Part shown: one piece after another, positions 28,739 to 38,852 of the stretch
How the letters are laid out: each line of letters opens with the position of its first letter
How positions within the stretch are numbered: the first letter of the stretch is position 1
Origin: Chloroflexota bacterium
Lineage (GTDB): Bacteria; Chloroflexota; UBA11872; VXOZ01
DNA: 64,000 bases
Direction: 5' to 3'
Assembly (NCBI GenBank): GCA_965208315.1
Contig: OZ242329.1
Span: 3,136,500-3,200,499, forward strand
Program-made: the position numbers and the translations under genes
Notes under the pieces: generated by a model
Databases searched by the model: none
Told to the model about the DNA's origin: nothing
The model's input: the letters and a program-made list of their open reading frames with translations, nothing else

Positions 28739-29206
28739 CTAGTTTCCTTCCTTGCCCTTGTCGGACTTCATGTCCATCTCACCCTGCACGCCTTTCAGAT
28801 CAATGCGCTGTTCGGCCGTTCTGCCGTTGGCGAACGTGGCGCGCACGATGATGACCCAGTCGCCGCCCATAGTGAATCTGAAGTCCTCAGTAACGTACGT
28901 GCCGTTGCCACGGGCTTCAGTCGCAACGATAACCGGCTGCATACCGGCATGGGTCATCGTGCCCTCCACCTGAATGGTGGCGTCTGATACGAGATTACCT
29001 GCCATGTCCCGGATCTGCAGGGTTATTTCGGCGTCACCTACCGCCGCAGGCTCCGGCGAGATAGAGACGATTGTCACGTCGAGTCCGCCGGTCTCTCCGG
29101 CACGCGGTCCGCACGCGCTGAATACGAGCGCGACAGACAGGGCGATCAAGACGACAACCAGCGTTCGAGCATTGTGCGTGATTTCGGAAAGACCTAAACG
29201 AACCAA
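28739..29206 (-). CDS. FixH/YtkA-like lipoprotein (Met/His-rich, possible Cu-binding)
   Basis: Lipobox ALVFSACG. TMTHAGMQPV motif. Ig-like size of 155 aa. Lies next to fixG-like. Confidence 0.5.
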   Translation of the reverse strand: MVRLGLSEITHNARTLVVVLIALSVALVFSACGPRAGETGGLDVTIVSISPEPAAVGDAEITLQIRDMAGNLVSDATIQVEGTMTHAGMQPVIVATEARGNGTYVTEDFRFTMGGDWVIIVRATFANGRTAEQRIDLKGVQGEMDMKSDKGKEGN

Positions 29207-29289
29207 TGGGCTATCCCTTTCATAGTAGCAACGGGCGATAGGGTCTGGGCAACGTGCGCGCGTTTCACTCTTCCCGGCGCGTAGACTGG

Positions 29290-29315
29290 TAGGGCGGTTC
29301 GCGAACCGCCCCTAC
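29290..29315. repeat. G-type perfect palindrome (AGGGCGGTTCGCGAACCGCCCCTAC)
   Basis: Second copy at 37197-37224. Confidence 0.8.
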
Positions 29316-29826
29316 GCGGCGGCGCCACGCGTGCCGGTTGCATGACAGGCAGCCGGGAGCGGCAAGCTCAGTTGCTTGTGCCGCTGAGGCTACGAAACTT
29401 GGAACTCCTCAAAGCGAGGAAGGAAAGGGAATAGGCGGACGCCAAATGAGGAGGGCGTTGCTATTGGTAGCTAACCGCTCGGAGAAGATGGTTGGGGGTG
29501 AGCGCAAGACGTACGTGGGCAATGACAACGTCACGAGCATGGGGCCCCACACCGTATTTGTTACAATGCCGTGCGCTCCCGTCTGTGGCTGGACTTCCGG
29601 GAATGCAACCGAACGAGAAGAGTCATTGGCCGCAAATGACGGCAATTGTCCGTCCGGCGCAAAGGATGCCAGGGTCAAAGCTGCAGGGGTGTCTTGAGCG
29701 CCCGGCAGGCTGCAGACGACGCCATTGGTGAACGGCAGCGCGAGATGCAGCACGATGGCGCTGATGAGCAAGAAAGCGCTTAGGTTGAAGGCCCGATGTG
29801 ACATGAATCTGCTGATCCTGTGCTCC

Positions 29827-30771
29827 TCAGCGCTCCGGTTGCAGAACCAACGCCGCCGCCCCTACTATGCCGGAGTGCTCGCTCTCTGCCGCCAGTCGAA
29901 TAAAGCTCTCAATGTTGGGATGTGGGCTGCCGGCCAGTTGCTGGTACCAGTTGCGGATATCCTGGATCAAGCGTCCGCCGTCCTGCATCACCCCGCCGCC
30001 AAAGACGATACATTCGGGCGCGAAGAGCTGGTGACAGATTTGGCAGCCAATAGCGAGCCAGCGCGCTGTATCGTCGCGCACGGCCTGCATCACCGGATCG
30101 CCTTCATCTGCCGCGTCGCGCACGGTTACGCTTGTAAGGTTTTCTATGTTGCCGTCCGTGAGACGCCGCACGATGTCGGTAGGCTCCTCGGCCGCAGCCT
30201 GTTTCCCCCGGCGGGCGATGCCGGGTCCGGCGGCCAGTGATTCCAAGCAGCCGTGCACGCCGCAATTGCAGAGCGGACCGCCTGGGTTCACCAGGATGTG
30301 TCCGACTTCACCCGCGGCGCCGCTGCCCCGCACCACCCGTCCGGCGTCGATGATGCCGCCGCCAATGCCCGTGCCGACGGTTAGATACACCAAATTCTGC
30401 GTGTCTTTGCCTCTACCGAACGCGTACTCGCCCCACGCCCCGGCGTTGCCGTCATTCGCAATGACACCGGACAGGCCGTAGCGGTCTTGCAGCAAGTCCA
30501 CGAGCGGCAAGTTCCGCCAACCCACGTTGACCGCTGAGACCGCGATGCCCTGGTCGCGGTCTACCGTACCGGGCACAGCGATACCGATAGCGTTCGGCTT
30601 TTCGTGCCCCTGCGCGAGCAGCCGGTCAACCACCGTGCAGATGCTCTCCAGCATCGTCTCATGGGAATCTTTCACCATCGGCGCGCGGTCGGTTGCCAGA
30701 ATGCCGCCGTCCTGGTCGACAACGCCGGCGGCAACTTTCGTGCCGCCGATATCAATGCCGATTCCGGTCAT
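29827..30771 (-). CDS. ROK-family sugar kinase (glucokinase-like)
   Basis: GIDIGGTKV, ROK motif GxxCxCGxxGCxE (CNCGVHGCLE). Confidence 0.8.
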   Translation of the reverse strand: MTGIGIDIGGTKVAAGVVDQDGGILATDRAPMVKDSHETMLESICTVVDRLLAQGHEKPNAIGIAVPGTVDRDQGIAVSAVNVGWRNLPLVDLLQDRYGLSGVIANDGNAGAWGEYAFGRGKDTQNLVYLTVGTGIGGGIIDAGRVVRGSGAAGEVGHILVNPGGPLCNCGVHGCLESLAAGPGIARRGKQAAAEEPTDIVRRLTDGNIENLTSVTVRDAADEGDPVMQAVRDDTARWLAIGCQICHQLFAPECIVFGGGVMQDGGRLIQDIRNWYQQLAGSPHPNIESFIRLAAESEHSGIVGAAALVLQPER

Positions 30772-30776
30772 AGTCC

Positions 30777-31952
30777 TTAGCTCGACGAGAACTCCGGTGC
30801 GCGATGCACGATTTCTCCGCCTATTACTGTCAGCATAACGCGAAAGTCTTGAGAAAGCACGGCAATGTCGGCATCCGCCCCAGCTTGGATGATGCCCTTG
30901 CGGTCGCTCAAGCCAAGTTGCCGCGCGGGCACGTAGCTTGCCATGGCGAGCACGTGGGGCAAGGGTATGCCGGCCTCTACGTAGACGCGCACATTGCGAT
31001 TCATAGCCGATGAACTCCCCGTGATCGTACCATCGTCCCGTGTGGCGAGTACTTCCGAAACCGTTACGGCCACGCCGCTCGCGCGCTCATAGCGGCCCGC
31101 CGGCAGACCGGAAAACTCCACGCCGTCCGTAACGAGGGCCACGCGTTCCCAGCCTTTCGCCGCGATGAGCAGTCTGCCCACCTGTGGGTCTACATGCGCG
31201 CCGTCGCCAATCAACTCAGCCGTGATCTCGGCATGTGCCATGACGCCGCCAACGGTACCGGGATCACGGTGATGCAGTGGGCGCATCGCGTTGAAGGTGT
31301 GAGTCGCCTGGCGCACGCCGCTGCGAACCGCAGCCGCAACCTCCTCGAAGGTGGCATCGGAGTGGCCGATGGAGGGGATTATGTCGTGCTTGGCGAGGTA
31401 TGCTACCAACTCCAAGCCACCCTCCCGTTCGGGGGCGAGGGTCATGGACTTGATCATGCCTTGGGCGACGTCCTGCAGGGCGGCTACCTCGTTCACGCTG
31501 GGCTCTCGCATGAGCGGTATGCGCATGGCGCCGGGGCGCTCAGGACTGAGATACGGTCCTTCCATGTGCACGCCGAGCAGCCGCGTTCCGGTGGGGCGAA
31601 CGGCAGCTTCCACGAGCGTTTCCAAAGCCCCGACCGTGTGCTCCCACGCTGCCGTGCCCACCGTTGCCAGCAGACCGGTCGTGCCCGTTTCGGCCCGGTA
31701 TGCGCAGATCTTGTGCACGTCTTCCACGGAGTGCGTGCTGAAGGAAGCGCCCAAAGCCCCGTGCACGTGCATATCGATGAAGCCGGGGCAGACGATGCAG
31801 CCGGATACGTCAATCGTCTCCGCAGCATCGGCGAGGCCCGTCAGTTCCGCGTCGGGCGCCACGCTTGCGATGCGGCCACCCTTGATGGCGACACTCGTTT
31901 GCGGGTGTTCTTGCAGGGGCGTGTAGACCGTACCGCCAGAAAGAAGGATCAT
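30777..31952 (-). CDS. nagA: N-acetylglucosamine-6-phosphate deacetylase
   Basis: PGFIDMHVHGALG, amidohydrolase fold, 391 aa. Confidence 0.8.
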   Translation of the reverse strand: MILLSGGTVYTPLQEHPQTSVAIKGGRIASVAPDAELTGLADAAETIDVSGCIVCPGFIDMHVHGALGASFSTHSVEDVHKICAYRAETGTTGLLATVGTAAWEHTVGALETLVEAAVRPTGTRLLGVHMEGPYLSPERPGAMRIPLMREPSVNEVAALQDVAQGMIKSMTLAPEREGGLELVAYLAKHDIIPSIGHSDATFEEVAAAVRSGVRQATHTFNAMRPLHHRDPGTVGGVMAHAEITAELIGDGAHVDPQVGRLLIAAKGWERVALVTDGVEFSGLPAGRYERASGVAVTVSEVLATRDDGTITGSSSAMNRNVRVYVEAGIPLPHVLAMASYVPARQLGLSDRKGIIQAGADADIAVLSQDFRVMLTVIGGEIVHRAPEFSSS

Positions 31953-32061
31953 GCGAACTCCAATCTAAACCGCCAAATTCATCGTACGGGGCGGTTGAAA
32001 CTGCGTCAATGTATACTAGGGTAACGCGCAAGTCGCTGGATCATGAGTGAGGAGAAGTGCC

Positions 32062-33111
32062 ATGGGTTCGAAAGTGCGGGTCGGCGTTATCGGCGCGGGT
32101 GGTATTGCCCGCGGCGCTCACCTACCGGGATACGCGAAAATTCCTGAGGAAGCCACAGTCGTCGCCATCAGTGACGTCGATGTGCCGCGTGCGCAAAGCG
32201 TTGCGGACGAATACGGAATCCCACAGGTCTACGCCGACTTCAATGAAATGGTCGTGCAGGAAGACTTGGACCTTGTGAGTGTTTGCACACCGCCGTTCAT
32301 GCACAAGGACGCGTCGGTTGCCGCGCTCAACGCGGGCGCCAACGTCATTTGCGAGAAGCCGATGGCCATGAACGCCGCCGAGTGCGAGGAGATGATCGCC
32401 GCCGCTAAGCAGAACGACAAGATGCTCACCATCGGCTTTCAATCGCGCTTTGGCGAGCGCGCGCAATTTCTCAAGCATCTCATCGAGCAGGGCGAGCTCG
32501 GCGAAATCTACTATGCCCGCGTGCTGGCGTTGCGGCGGCGGGGCATCCCCTGGTGGGGCGTCTTCATTGAGAAAGACAAGAATGGCGGCGGTCCATTGAT
32601 CGATATCGGCGTGCATACGCTTGATCTGACCCTGTGGCTCATGGGCCACCCCACGCCGACGGCGGTCACCGGCGCAGTCTTCACGAAGCTGGCCAAGCGA
32701 CCCGGCCTCTTTACCCGCGGGAGAGAAGCCGATCAAGACCGGTACTCAGTGGAAGACTTTGCCACGGCGCAAATCCGCTTCGACACCGGCGCTGTCATCA
32801 ACCTGGAGACGAGTTGGGCGCTCAATATCGAAAACGAAGTGAACGCGTATCTCTGCGGCACCGAGGGCGGCGCGACGTTGCGACCGCTGAAGATCCACAA
32901 AGAGGTGCCGCACGCCGGACTTCTCGACTACACGCCGGCACACGAAGAAGGCAGAGAGCACAATCACGAAGGCCAGTTCGCGCAGGTCGTAAGGAACGTG
33001 AAAGAAGGCACGCCGCCGCTGGTGAAAGCGGAGGAAGCGCTGGTGGTGCAGCGGATCGTGGATGCAATCTACGAGTCCGGCGAGACCGGCCGGATGGTCG
33101 AATTGGCGTGA
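32062..33111 (+). CDS. Gfo/Idh/MocA-family oxidoreductase
   Basis: VRVGVIGAGGIARGAHLPGY Rossmann N-terminus, then EKPMA. A GAGGAG RBS precedes the ATG at 32062. Confidence 0.8.
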   Translation: MGSKVRVGVIGAGGIARGAHLPGYAKIPEEATVVAISDVDVPRAQSVADEYGIPQVYADFNEMVVQEDLDLVSVCTPPFMHKDASVAALNAGANVICEKPMAMNAAECEEMIAAAKQNDKMLTIGFQSRFGERAQFLKHLIEQGELGEIYYARVLALRRRGIPWWGVFIEKDKNGGGPLIDIGVHTLDLTLWLMGHPTPTAVTGAVFTKLAKRPGLFTRGREADQDRYSVEDFATAQIRFDTGAVINLETSWALNIENEVNAYLCGTEGGATLRPLKIHKEVPHAGLLDYTPAHEEGREHNHEGQFAQVVRNVKEGTPPLVKAEEALVVQRIVDAIYESGETGRMVELA

Positions 33112-33153
33112 TGCCTTGGTGGAAAGAGGAGCGTAAAGGCAAGTCAAGCAGTC

Positions 33154-33183
33154 TCCGTCACTCCGGCGAAAGCCGGAGTCCAG
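33154..33183 (+). repeat. B-type hairpin repeat (TCCGTCACTCCGGCGAAAGCCGGAGTCCAG)
   Basis: Copies at 37026-37055(-) and a variant at 21601-21630. Often adjacent to A-type units. Confidence 0.8.
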
Positions 33184-33359
33184 AACTGGTGCAGAGTAGA
33201 GAATCTCGTAGATGTGCAAGCGCGTACAGTCCTGTGTCCAAGAAGAAGATGGTTTCCCGCTTTCGCGGGAATGACGGAGTCTTGTTTTCGTGACAATTCC
33301 GAGCAGACTGAATCCGATTCAAGCGCATCGATCCCAAGCAAGTTAAGGCACGAATTCCT

Positions 33360-34211
33360 ATGGCACGCATGAAAGTGGTTGTTACCGGAGCTGCGGGCTA
33401 CGTTGCTTCTCAGCTCTTGCCGGCGTTTCGCGAGCGGTATGATCTCGTCCTGCTGGACAATCGGAACCGCACCCGCGACGGCGCCCTGGTTGAGGGCGTT
33501 ACCATCTCCGATCTCCGCGAATTCGACCGGGAGACGTACCGCCGCTTCTTCAATGGGGCGGACGCCATCGTGCACCTGGCTTTCAACTACAAAGCGGGGC
33601 ATTCGATGAATGACGGCGACTACTACTCAGAACGGTCGAATCTCGATCTGGCCTACCACGTCTACCAGACCGCCGTGGATGAGGGAGTAAAGCGGGTCGT
33701 CATCGCCAGTTCCAACCATGCCGCCGACTGGTATGAACACTTGCTGCGGCAGCGCAAAATGGAGATGCTCGACGTCACCGCGCCACCGCTTTCAGACAAT
33801 TTCTACGGCTGGGCGAAGGCGTGTTACGAGCATCTGGGGTTTCTTGCTGCCACTGGGGCCATGGGCCGCGCAGTGGAAATTGTGCAGGTGCGCATTGGGG
33901 CGCCACGGCAGATACCGGCGGACAGCGCCGCAAAAGACCTCACGAGCTATAAGCGCAATCTGGGCGCATACATCAGCCCCCGCGACTTGCAGCAACTCTT
34001 TGTCAAATCCATTGAAACGCCGGATATCACGAACGAGCACGGCGTCCCCTTCCAGATCTTCTACGGCGTGTCCAACAACGCGCGGGCCTTTTGGAGCATC
34101 GCCAATGCCCGCAAAGTGATTGGCTACGCGCCGCAGGACGACTCGGAAGTCGTCTTCGCCGACGACATCCGGCGGGTGCTGGTGGCTGGCAAGAGCGTGG
34201 GTAGGCTCTGA
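33360..34211 (+). CDS. NAD-dependent epimerase/dehydratase family protein
   Basis: VVVTGAAGYVASQL, then YGWAKA (YxxxK). Confidence 0.75.
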   Translation: MARMKVVVTGAAGYVASQLLPAFRERYDLVLLDNRNRTRDGALVEGVTISDLREFDRETYRRFFNGADAIVHLAFNYKAGHSMNDGDYYSERSNLDLAYHVYQTAVDEGVKRVVIASSNHAADWYEHLLRQRKMEMLDVTAPPLSDNFYGWAKACYEHLGFLAATGAMGRAVEIVQVRIGAPRQIPADSAAKDLTSYKRNLGAYISPRDLQQLFVKSIETPDITNEHGVPFQIFYGVSNNARAFWSIANARKVIGYAPQDDSEVVFADDIRRVLVAGKSVGRL

Positions 34212-34227
34212 GCGGCCCGAAAGCACA

Positions 34228-34328
34228 GTCATTCCGAGCGTAGCGAGGAATCTAGTGCCATGCACTAAGCAGTCTATAGACCCAGCACCCTAGATTCCTC
34301 ACTTCGCTGCGCTCCGTTCGGAATGACA
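34228..34328. repeat. H-type long imperfect palindrome (GTCATTCCGAGCGTAGCGAGGAATCTAG ... CTAGATTCCTCACTTCGCTGCGCTCCGTTCGGAATGAC)
   Basis: Related units at 34395-34425 and 59906-59945. A separate 12-bp-arm hairpin lies at 59841-59892. Confidence 0.75.
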
Positions 34329-34680
34329 TGTGTACTGGTATATACGACGCCAGATCTACCGCTCTTTCTCCCAAATCCGTCAACGAATCTCCTGACTTCT
34401 ACAATTCCGAGCGTAGCAAGGAATCTAAGCTGCAAGACTGCTCACGCGCCGCACTTGGTTCATCAAGCTAACGGCGATACCGCAGGGAGGGTTGCCCCCG
34501 CCTCTTGGTACGCCTCGCACAATGTGAGTACCTTGAAGATGGATTCCCGCTTGCGCGGGAATGACGGCGCATAAGGGTATGCACTATTTGCTTCCCCGAA
34601 GTTGACGTATACGTTACGATAATAGGGAAGGCTCCTTTCCTAATCTCCCAAACATAGCAGCAGTAGAGGATTTAAACGTC

Positions 34681-35166
34681 GTGGCAACGCTTCGGGTTTT
34701 CGACACCGGTAGAGCAGAACGGGCACAGGTGGCAGACGTGCCCGCCATGAAGCAGATAATCGACTACTACGCCAAGCAGAACCGCATGCTCTTCCGTTCG
34801 CTGGCGGAGCTTTACGGCGGGATCCGCGATTATGTGGTCTGGCGGCAGGACGGCAAGGTGGCGGGGTGCTGCGCTTTGCACGTCATGTGGAAAGACCTCG
34901 CGGAAGTGCGCGGTTTGGCCGTGCTGCCGGAATACCAGGGGCAGGGCATCGGGCGGCAGCTTGTTGACGCCTGCGTCGCGGAAGCGCGGGAACTGGGCAT
35001 CAAGACCGTGTTCACTCTGACGCTGGAACCCACGTTTTTTACTAAGTGCGGCTTCCGGGAAGTAGAGCGCGATACGCTCTCCATCAAAGTCTGGCAGGAG
35101 TGCTACCGCTGCCCTAAGTTCTCCAAGTGCGACGAGATCGCCATGATCCGTACCCTGCAAGAGTGA
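34681..35166 (+). CDS. GNAT N-acetyltransferase, ArgA-like short form
   Basis: LAVLPEYQGQGIGRQLVDACVAEA. GTG start. Confidence 0.65.
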   Translation: MATLRVFDTGRAERAQVADVPAMKQIIDYYAKQNRMLFRSLAELYGGIRDYVVWRQDGKVAGCCALHVMWKDLAEVRGLAVLPEYQGQGIGRQLVDACVAEARELGIKTVFTLTLEPTFFTKCGFREVERDTLSIKVWQECYRCPKFSKCDEIAMIRTLQE

Positions 35167-35383
35167 GGCCGCTGTTCGGCGTGCCGCAATGGAAAGAGCC
35201 GGCTATTAGCATTAATCGAAGACTTTTCGAGGTAATTCGCCTGCCTCCGCTGTGACTTCACACTTTCTTCACAGTTCTTTGGTACCGTGCAAGATTATGG
35301 GTGGCAAAGTGTCCCGTGTGGTCATGCGTAGAAATCGAGAATGAGTGAGTAGCTGGTTCTGTGGTAAGAGGAGGGTTCAGGAG

Positions 35384-36865
35384 ATGGCATTAACGCGGCG
35401 TTCGTTTCTCGGGTTGGTCGGAGGCGTGCCGCTGGCGGCAAGCCTTGCGTCCGGCTGTGGCTTCTTTGAGGACTTGGTCGGCGGAGATTCCGGCGACAAG
35501 ACGGTCAACGTAGCGGTCTTCTTGCCACAAGGGCAGGGAGCGAACTTTCAGGCGGCGCAGGCCGGTAACATCCTGGCCGCTCTCCAGTCTGCCGCCAACG
35601 AGATCAACGACCAAAACCTCGGCTTCCAGATGGAAGTCAACCTCACTGTTGTTCTACCCGGCCCGAACCCTAACTTCGGAGCCTTCTTTGGTGGAGCAGC
35701 CAGCGCGCAACCCACGCCAACCCCGTTCAGTCCCATCGCCGAAACGTTGAGTGAGGCGGCGGCCAGTGGGGAATTGGACAGCGGCGATCCCCTGCCCGAC
35801 TTGCTAATGATCAGCAACATGGACGAATTGCCGCTGCTTTACTCCGAAGGCGTTATCGAGCCGTTCGACCAGGCAACCCGCGTTGAAGGCAGCATCGATC
35901 TCTCGGCATTCGCGCCCGGCGCGATGGAGTCTGTGAGTTGGCAGGGTCAAGTCATGGCCTTACCGCTTTCGAGCATCATCAACACGCTCACCTATGATTC
36001 AGATCTCCTTGCCAATGACGGCGTGGCGGCGCCCAGCAATCCATGGACGTGGGCGGAGATGATCGAGGCCGGCAAGCAGCTCACGTATAGCAACGATGAG
36101 GGTGCCCAATGGGGGACCTACGCCCACGCTTCGGTGCCACTGCTACTCAGCATGATTTGGAGTCATGGTGGCGATGTTTTTGGCGCCCAAGGAGGTGAGG
36201 TGCGCCTTGCCGACCCGCCAGCGATCAAAGCTATCGAGCTTTGGCGGGACATGATTGTCCGTCACCGCATTGCGCCGAACCCGCCGGCCGGCACCTTTGC
36301 CTTCATGCGCGCGGGCCGCAACGGCATGGAAGTGGTGAGTTTCGACCAACTGCCCCAGCGAGGCGGCGGTGGCGGAGGCGGCGGCACTCAGCCCACTGAA
36401 CGGGCACGCTTGGCTACCGCCGTGCGAACGGGCGGCGGGCAAGGCCTGGGTCCGGAACGCATCCATGCCGCGCCCATGCCGCTCAATGCGACGCAGGCCA
36501 CCTGGGTCGCGCCGGTGGCCGGGCTCAGCGTTGGCGCCCAGGCAAAGGACACGGGCCTGGCGGCCCAGGCGGCTGTGGTGCTCTCCCGCGAGCTCGCCCA
36601 ACTGCCCGTTACGTTCTTCGGCTACCCGGTCTACGGCGCCACCGGCGAGCGCATCAAGCAGGTGCGGCCGAGCCTGAGAATCGAGGACGCGAATATCATC
36701 GCGGAAGCGCTGCAATACAGCCGGGGCCTGCCGCCCCTCATCGCTCCCTACCTGGGATCGCTCTTCCAGCAACATCTCATGCAGCCGATTTTGAGCGGTG
36801 AAAGTACCGTCCTTGATGCCGCTCAGCAGGTGTCGATCGCCATGCAGGAAATGATGCGGCAGTAG
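35384..36865 (+). CDS. extracellular solute-binding protein (ABC, family 1), Tat/lipoprotein signal
   Basis: MALTRRSFLGLVGGVPLAASLASGCG. SBP-like body. An internal poly-Gly stretch is encoded by a (GGC/GGT)n run. AGGAGG RBS. Confidence 0.65.
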   Translation: MALTRRSFLGLVGGVPLAASLASGCGFFEDLVGGDSGDKTVNVAVFLPQGQGANFQAAQAGNILAALQSAANEINDQNLGFQMEVNLTVVLPGPNPNFGAFFGGAASAQPTPTPFSPIAETLSEAAASGELDSGDPLPDLLMISNMDELPLLYSEGVIEPFDQATRVEGSIDLSAFAPGAMESVSWQGQVMALPLSSIINTLTYDSDLLANDGVAAPSNPWTWAEMIEAGKQLTYSNDEGAQWGTYAHASVPLLLSMIWSHGGDVFGAQGGEVRLADPPAIKAIELWRDMIVRHRIAPNPPAGTFAFMRAGRNGMEVVSFDQLPQRGGGGGGGGTQPTERARLATAVRTGGGQGLGPERIHAAPMPLNATQATWVAPVAGLSVGAQAKDTGLAAQAAVVLSRELAQLPVTFFGYPVYGATGERIKQVRPSLRIEDANIIAEALQYSRGLPPLIAPYLGSLFQQHLMQPILSGESTVLDAAQQVSIAMQEMMRQ

Positions 36866-36920
36866 GCTGATGGGGTAGGGGCGCTTAGCAAGGCTCATTC
36901 GTCGAAGTTGAAAGTGTTGA

Positions 36921-37167
36921 GTAATTCGTTGACAGAATTTGCTGCCGATCCGATGTGACAAGCGCGAGAATACGCCTCTTAACCGTCATTCCCGTGAAAA
37001 CGGGAATCCATCTTCTCCGCGTGCCCTGGACTCCGGCGTTCGCCGGAGTGACGGACAAATGGGCGATTTCAAACCTAAAGCAAAGCAATGCAGTCTGGCA
37101 CCTTCCCAGGCGATTACTATGGTGCCCTTCACTCTTGATCTTGGTGCGATTCTTTCAACGAATTACC
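36921..37167. mobile_element. candidate MITE: ~250-bp element with 18-bp terminal inverted repeats enclosing hairpin repeat units
   Basis: TIRs GTAATTCGTTGACAGAAT (36921-36938) and ATTCTTTCAACGAATTAC (37150-37167) match 17/18 as reverse complements. Between them lie one A-type and one B-type repeat unit. Confidence 0.45.
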
Positions 37168-37269
37168 TGAAATTTACAGTAGCGACGGAAAAAGCGTTAG
37201 GGGCGGTTCGCGAACCGCCCCTACGTTTTATTAATGGCAAAAGGTACCGGGTCTGCAACCGCCGAGCGA

Positions 37270-38013
37270 TCAGACACTCACGGTCACTTCTTCCAGCGGC
37301 TGAACGTTGCCAAACACTATTTCGGGACCATCCGTGGGCGCCGCCCAGCGGGCGGCGTTGGCAATCACGTGGCGTACTTCCGCCTGGTAGAACGTGGGGA
37401 ACGTCTCGTGTCCGGGGCGGAAGTAGAAGACCTTGCCGCGGCCACGGTGGTAGCAGCACCCGCTGCGGAAGACCTCGCCACCCGGGAACCAGCTAATGAA
37501 GACAAGCGTGTCCGGTTCCGGGATATCGAAGAACTCGCCGTACATCTCTTCATGCGGAATATCGATGTACTGTCCCACACCCGCCGCGATGGGATGGCCC
37601 GGCTCGACGACCCAGAGCCGCTCGTTTTCGCCGAGTTCACGCCACTTCAGGTTGCACGTCGTACCCATGAGCTTCTTGAAAATCTTGGAAAAGTGGCTGG
37701 AATGCAAGCAAATCAGCCCCATGCCGTCCAGCACGCGCGCGTGCACGCGGTCCACGATTTCATCTTCCACCGCCGCATGCGCCTGGTGTCCCCACCAGAT
37801 CAACACATCGGTTTCTGCAAGCACCTCATCCGTAAGGCCGTGCTCGGGCTCATCCAGTGTCGCCGTTTGCACGGAGAAGCCGGGTTGCTCCTCAAGGTAC
37901 TCGGCAATGGCGCGGTGGATCCCCTCCGGATAGACCGCGCGGATATGCGCGTCTGACTTCTCGTGGCGAAACTCGTTCCATACCGTGACCCGAATTGGTT
38001 GAGACATGCGCAT
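37270..38013 (-). CDS. ThuA-family (trehalose utilisation / class-I glutamine amidotransferase-like) protein
   Basis: [11 protein letters not shown] ... VLIWWGH ... ICLHS ... [11 protein letters not shown]. Confidence 0.75.
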   Translation of the reverse strand: MRMSQPIRVTVWNEFRHEKSDAHIRAVYPEGIHRAIAEYLEEQPGFSVQTATLDEPEHGLTDEVLAETDVLIWWGHQAHAAVEDEIVDRVHARVLDGMGLICLHSSHFSKIFKKLMGTTCNLKWRELGENERLWVVEPGHPIAAGVGQYIDIPHEEMYGEFFDIPEPDTLVFISWFPGGEVFRSGCCYHRGRGKVFYFRPGHETFPTFYQAEVRHVIANAARWAAPTDGPEIVFGNVQPLEEVTVSV

Positions 38014-38745
38014 TTACTCCCTCACCAAGACAGCAAGTTCCTGAAAATCACGAACATGAACACACTTGTGCTTTATTTCGACCACGCCGATCCGGGCCAT
38101 TTCGCCGAGGGTCTGTGTGACCGTGGAGCGCAACGCTCCAATGCTATCGCCAATCTCCTCGTGTGTGAAGCCCCGCACTTCCTGGGACTTTGGATCCAGG
38201 TGGGTAAGCAGAAACGCCGCCACGCGGGCACGCACCGGACTGAACGCGAGGCGCGCGAGTTGGTCCTCTAGAGACTTCAACCTATCGCCGATCACTTTGA
38301 AGAAGCGCAGACCGACATCGGGGCGCTGGCGCAAGAGGTTTTCCATTTCAGCGCGTGACATTACACACACCAGGCTCGGCGCGACTGTCTCGGCGAAACA
38401 CCCATGCATACTCTGCCCCAGCAGGCCCATCTCACCGAACACGCTGCCCATGAAGACGCGGCGTATGCTCAGGCGCTTGCCTTCTTCACTGAGCCGGTAG
38501 ATGTCCACAGCGCCCATCTTGAGGATGTAGAGGTTCTCGCTCGCGTCGTCGGGTGTATACACGAGCGTATCCTTGGGAAACGTATACATTGGCAGGTGGC
38601 CGAACAGCCGCTCCATTTCGCTTTTCGACAGATCGCGAAAGAGGTCGACGTGAATGAGATGCCGCATGAGGAGCGCCGTGCGCTCGTCTCTATTTGCGAT
38701 GGGGCTGCGCTTCTTTGCGGGAAGTACTTTGCTCAGGACGCTCAC
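38014..38745 (-). CDS. Crp/Fnr-family transcriptional regulator
   Basis: cNMP-binding domain (GSVFGEMGLLG), C-terminal HTH EIGDSIGALRSTVTQTLGEM. Confidence 0.8.
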   Translation of the reverse strand: MSVLSKVLPAKKRSPIANRDERTALLMRHLIHVDLFRDLSKSEMERLFGHLPMYTFPKDTLVYTPDDASENLYILKMGAVDIYRLSEEGKRLSIRRVFMGSVFGEMGLLGQSMHGCFAETVAPSLVCVMSRAEMENLLRQRPDVGLRFFKVIGDRLKSLEDQLARLAFSPVRARVAAFLLTHLDPKSQEVRGFTHEEIGDSIGALRSTVTQTLGEMARIGVVEIKHKCVHVRDFQELAVLVRE

Positions 38746-38852
38746 GGCATTTTCCTAACGAGCAATGTCGGCTGGACAACAGTCTTGCGCAATGCAATAC
38801 CCTACCATCATACACAACTCGCAGTACGTATTGAAAAGAAGGAGGTCTACCC

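Noticed and set aside
36866-37269. tRNA or other structured RNA in the 400-bp gap, and in other long gaps (20521-20918, 21432-21757, 34212-34680)
   Set aside because: No cloverleaf-compatible arrangement and no GTTCGAATC-like T-arm were found. The structure in these gaps is fully accounted for by the hairpin repeat families.
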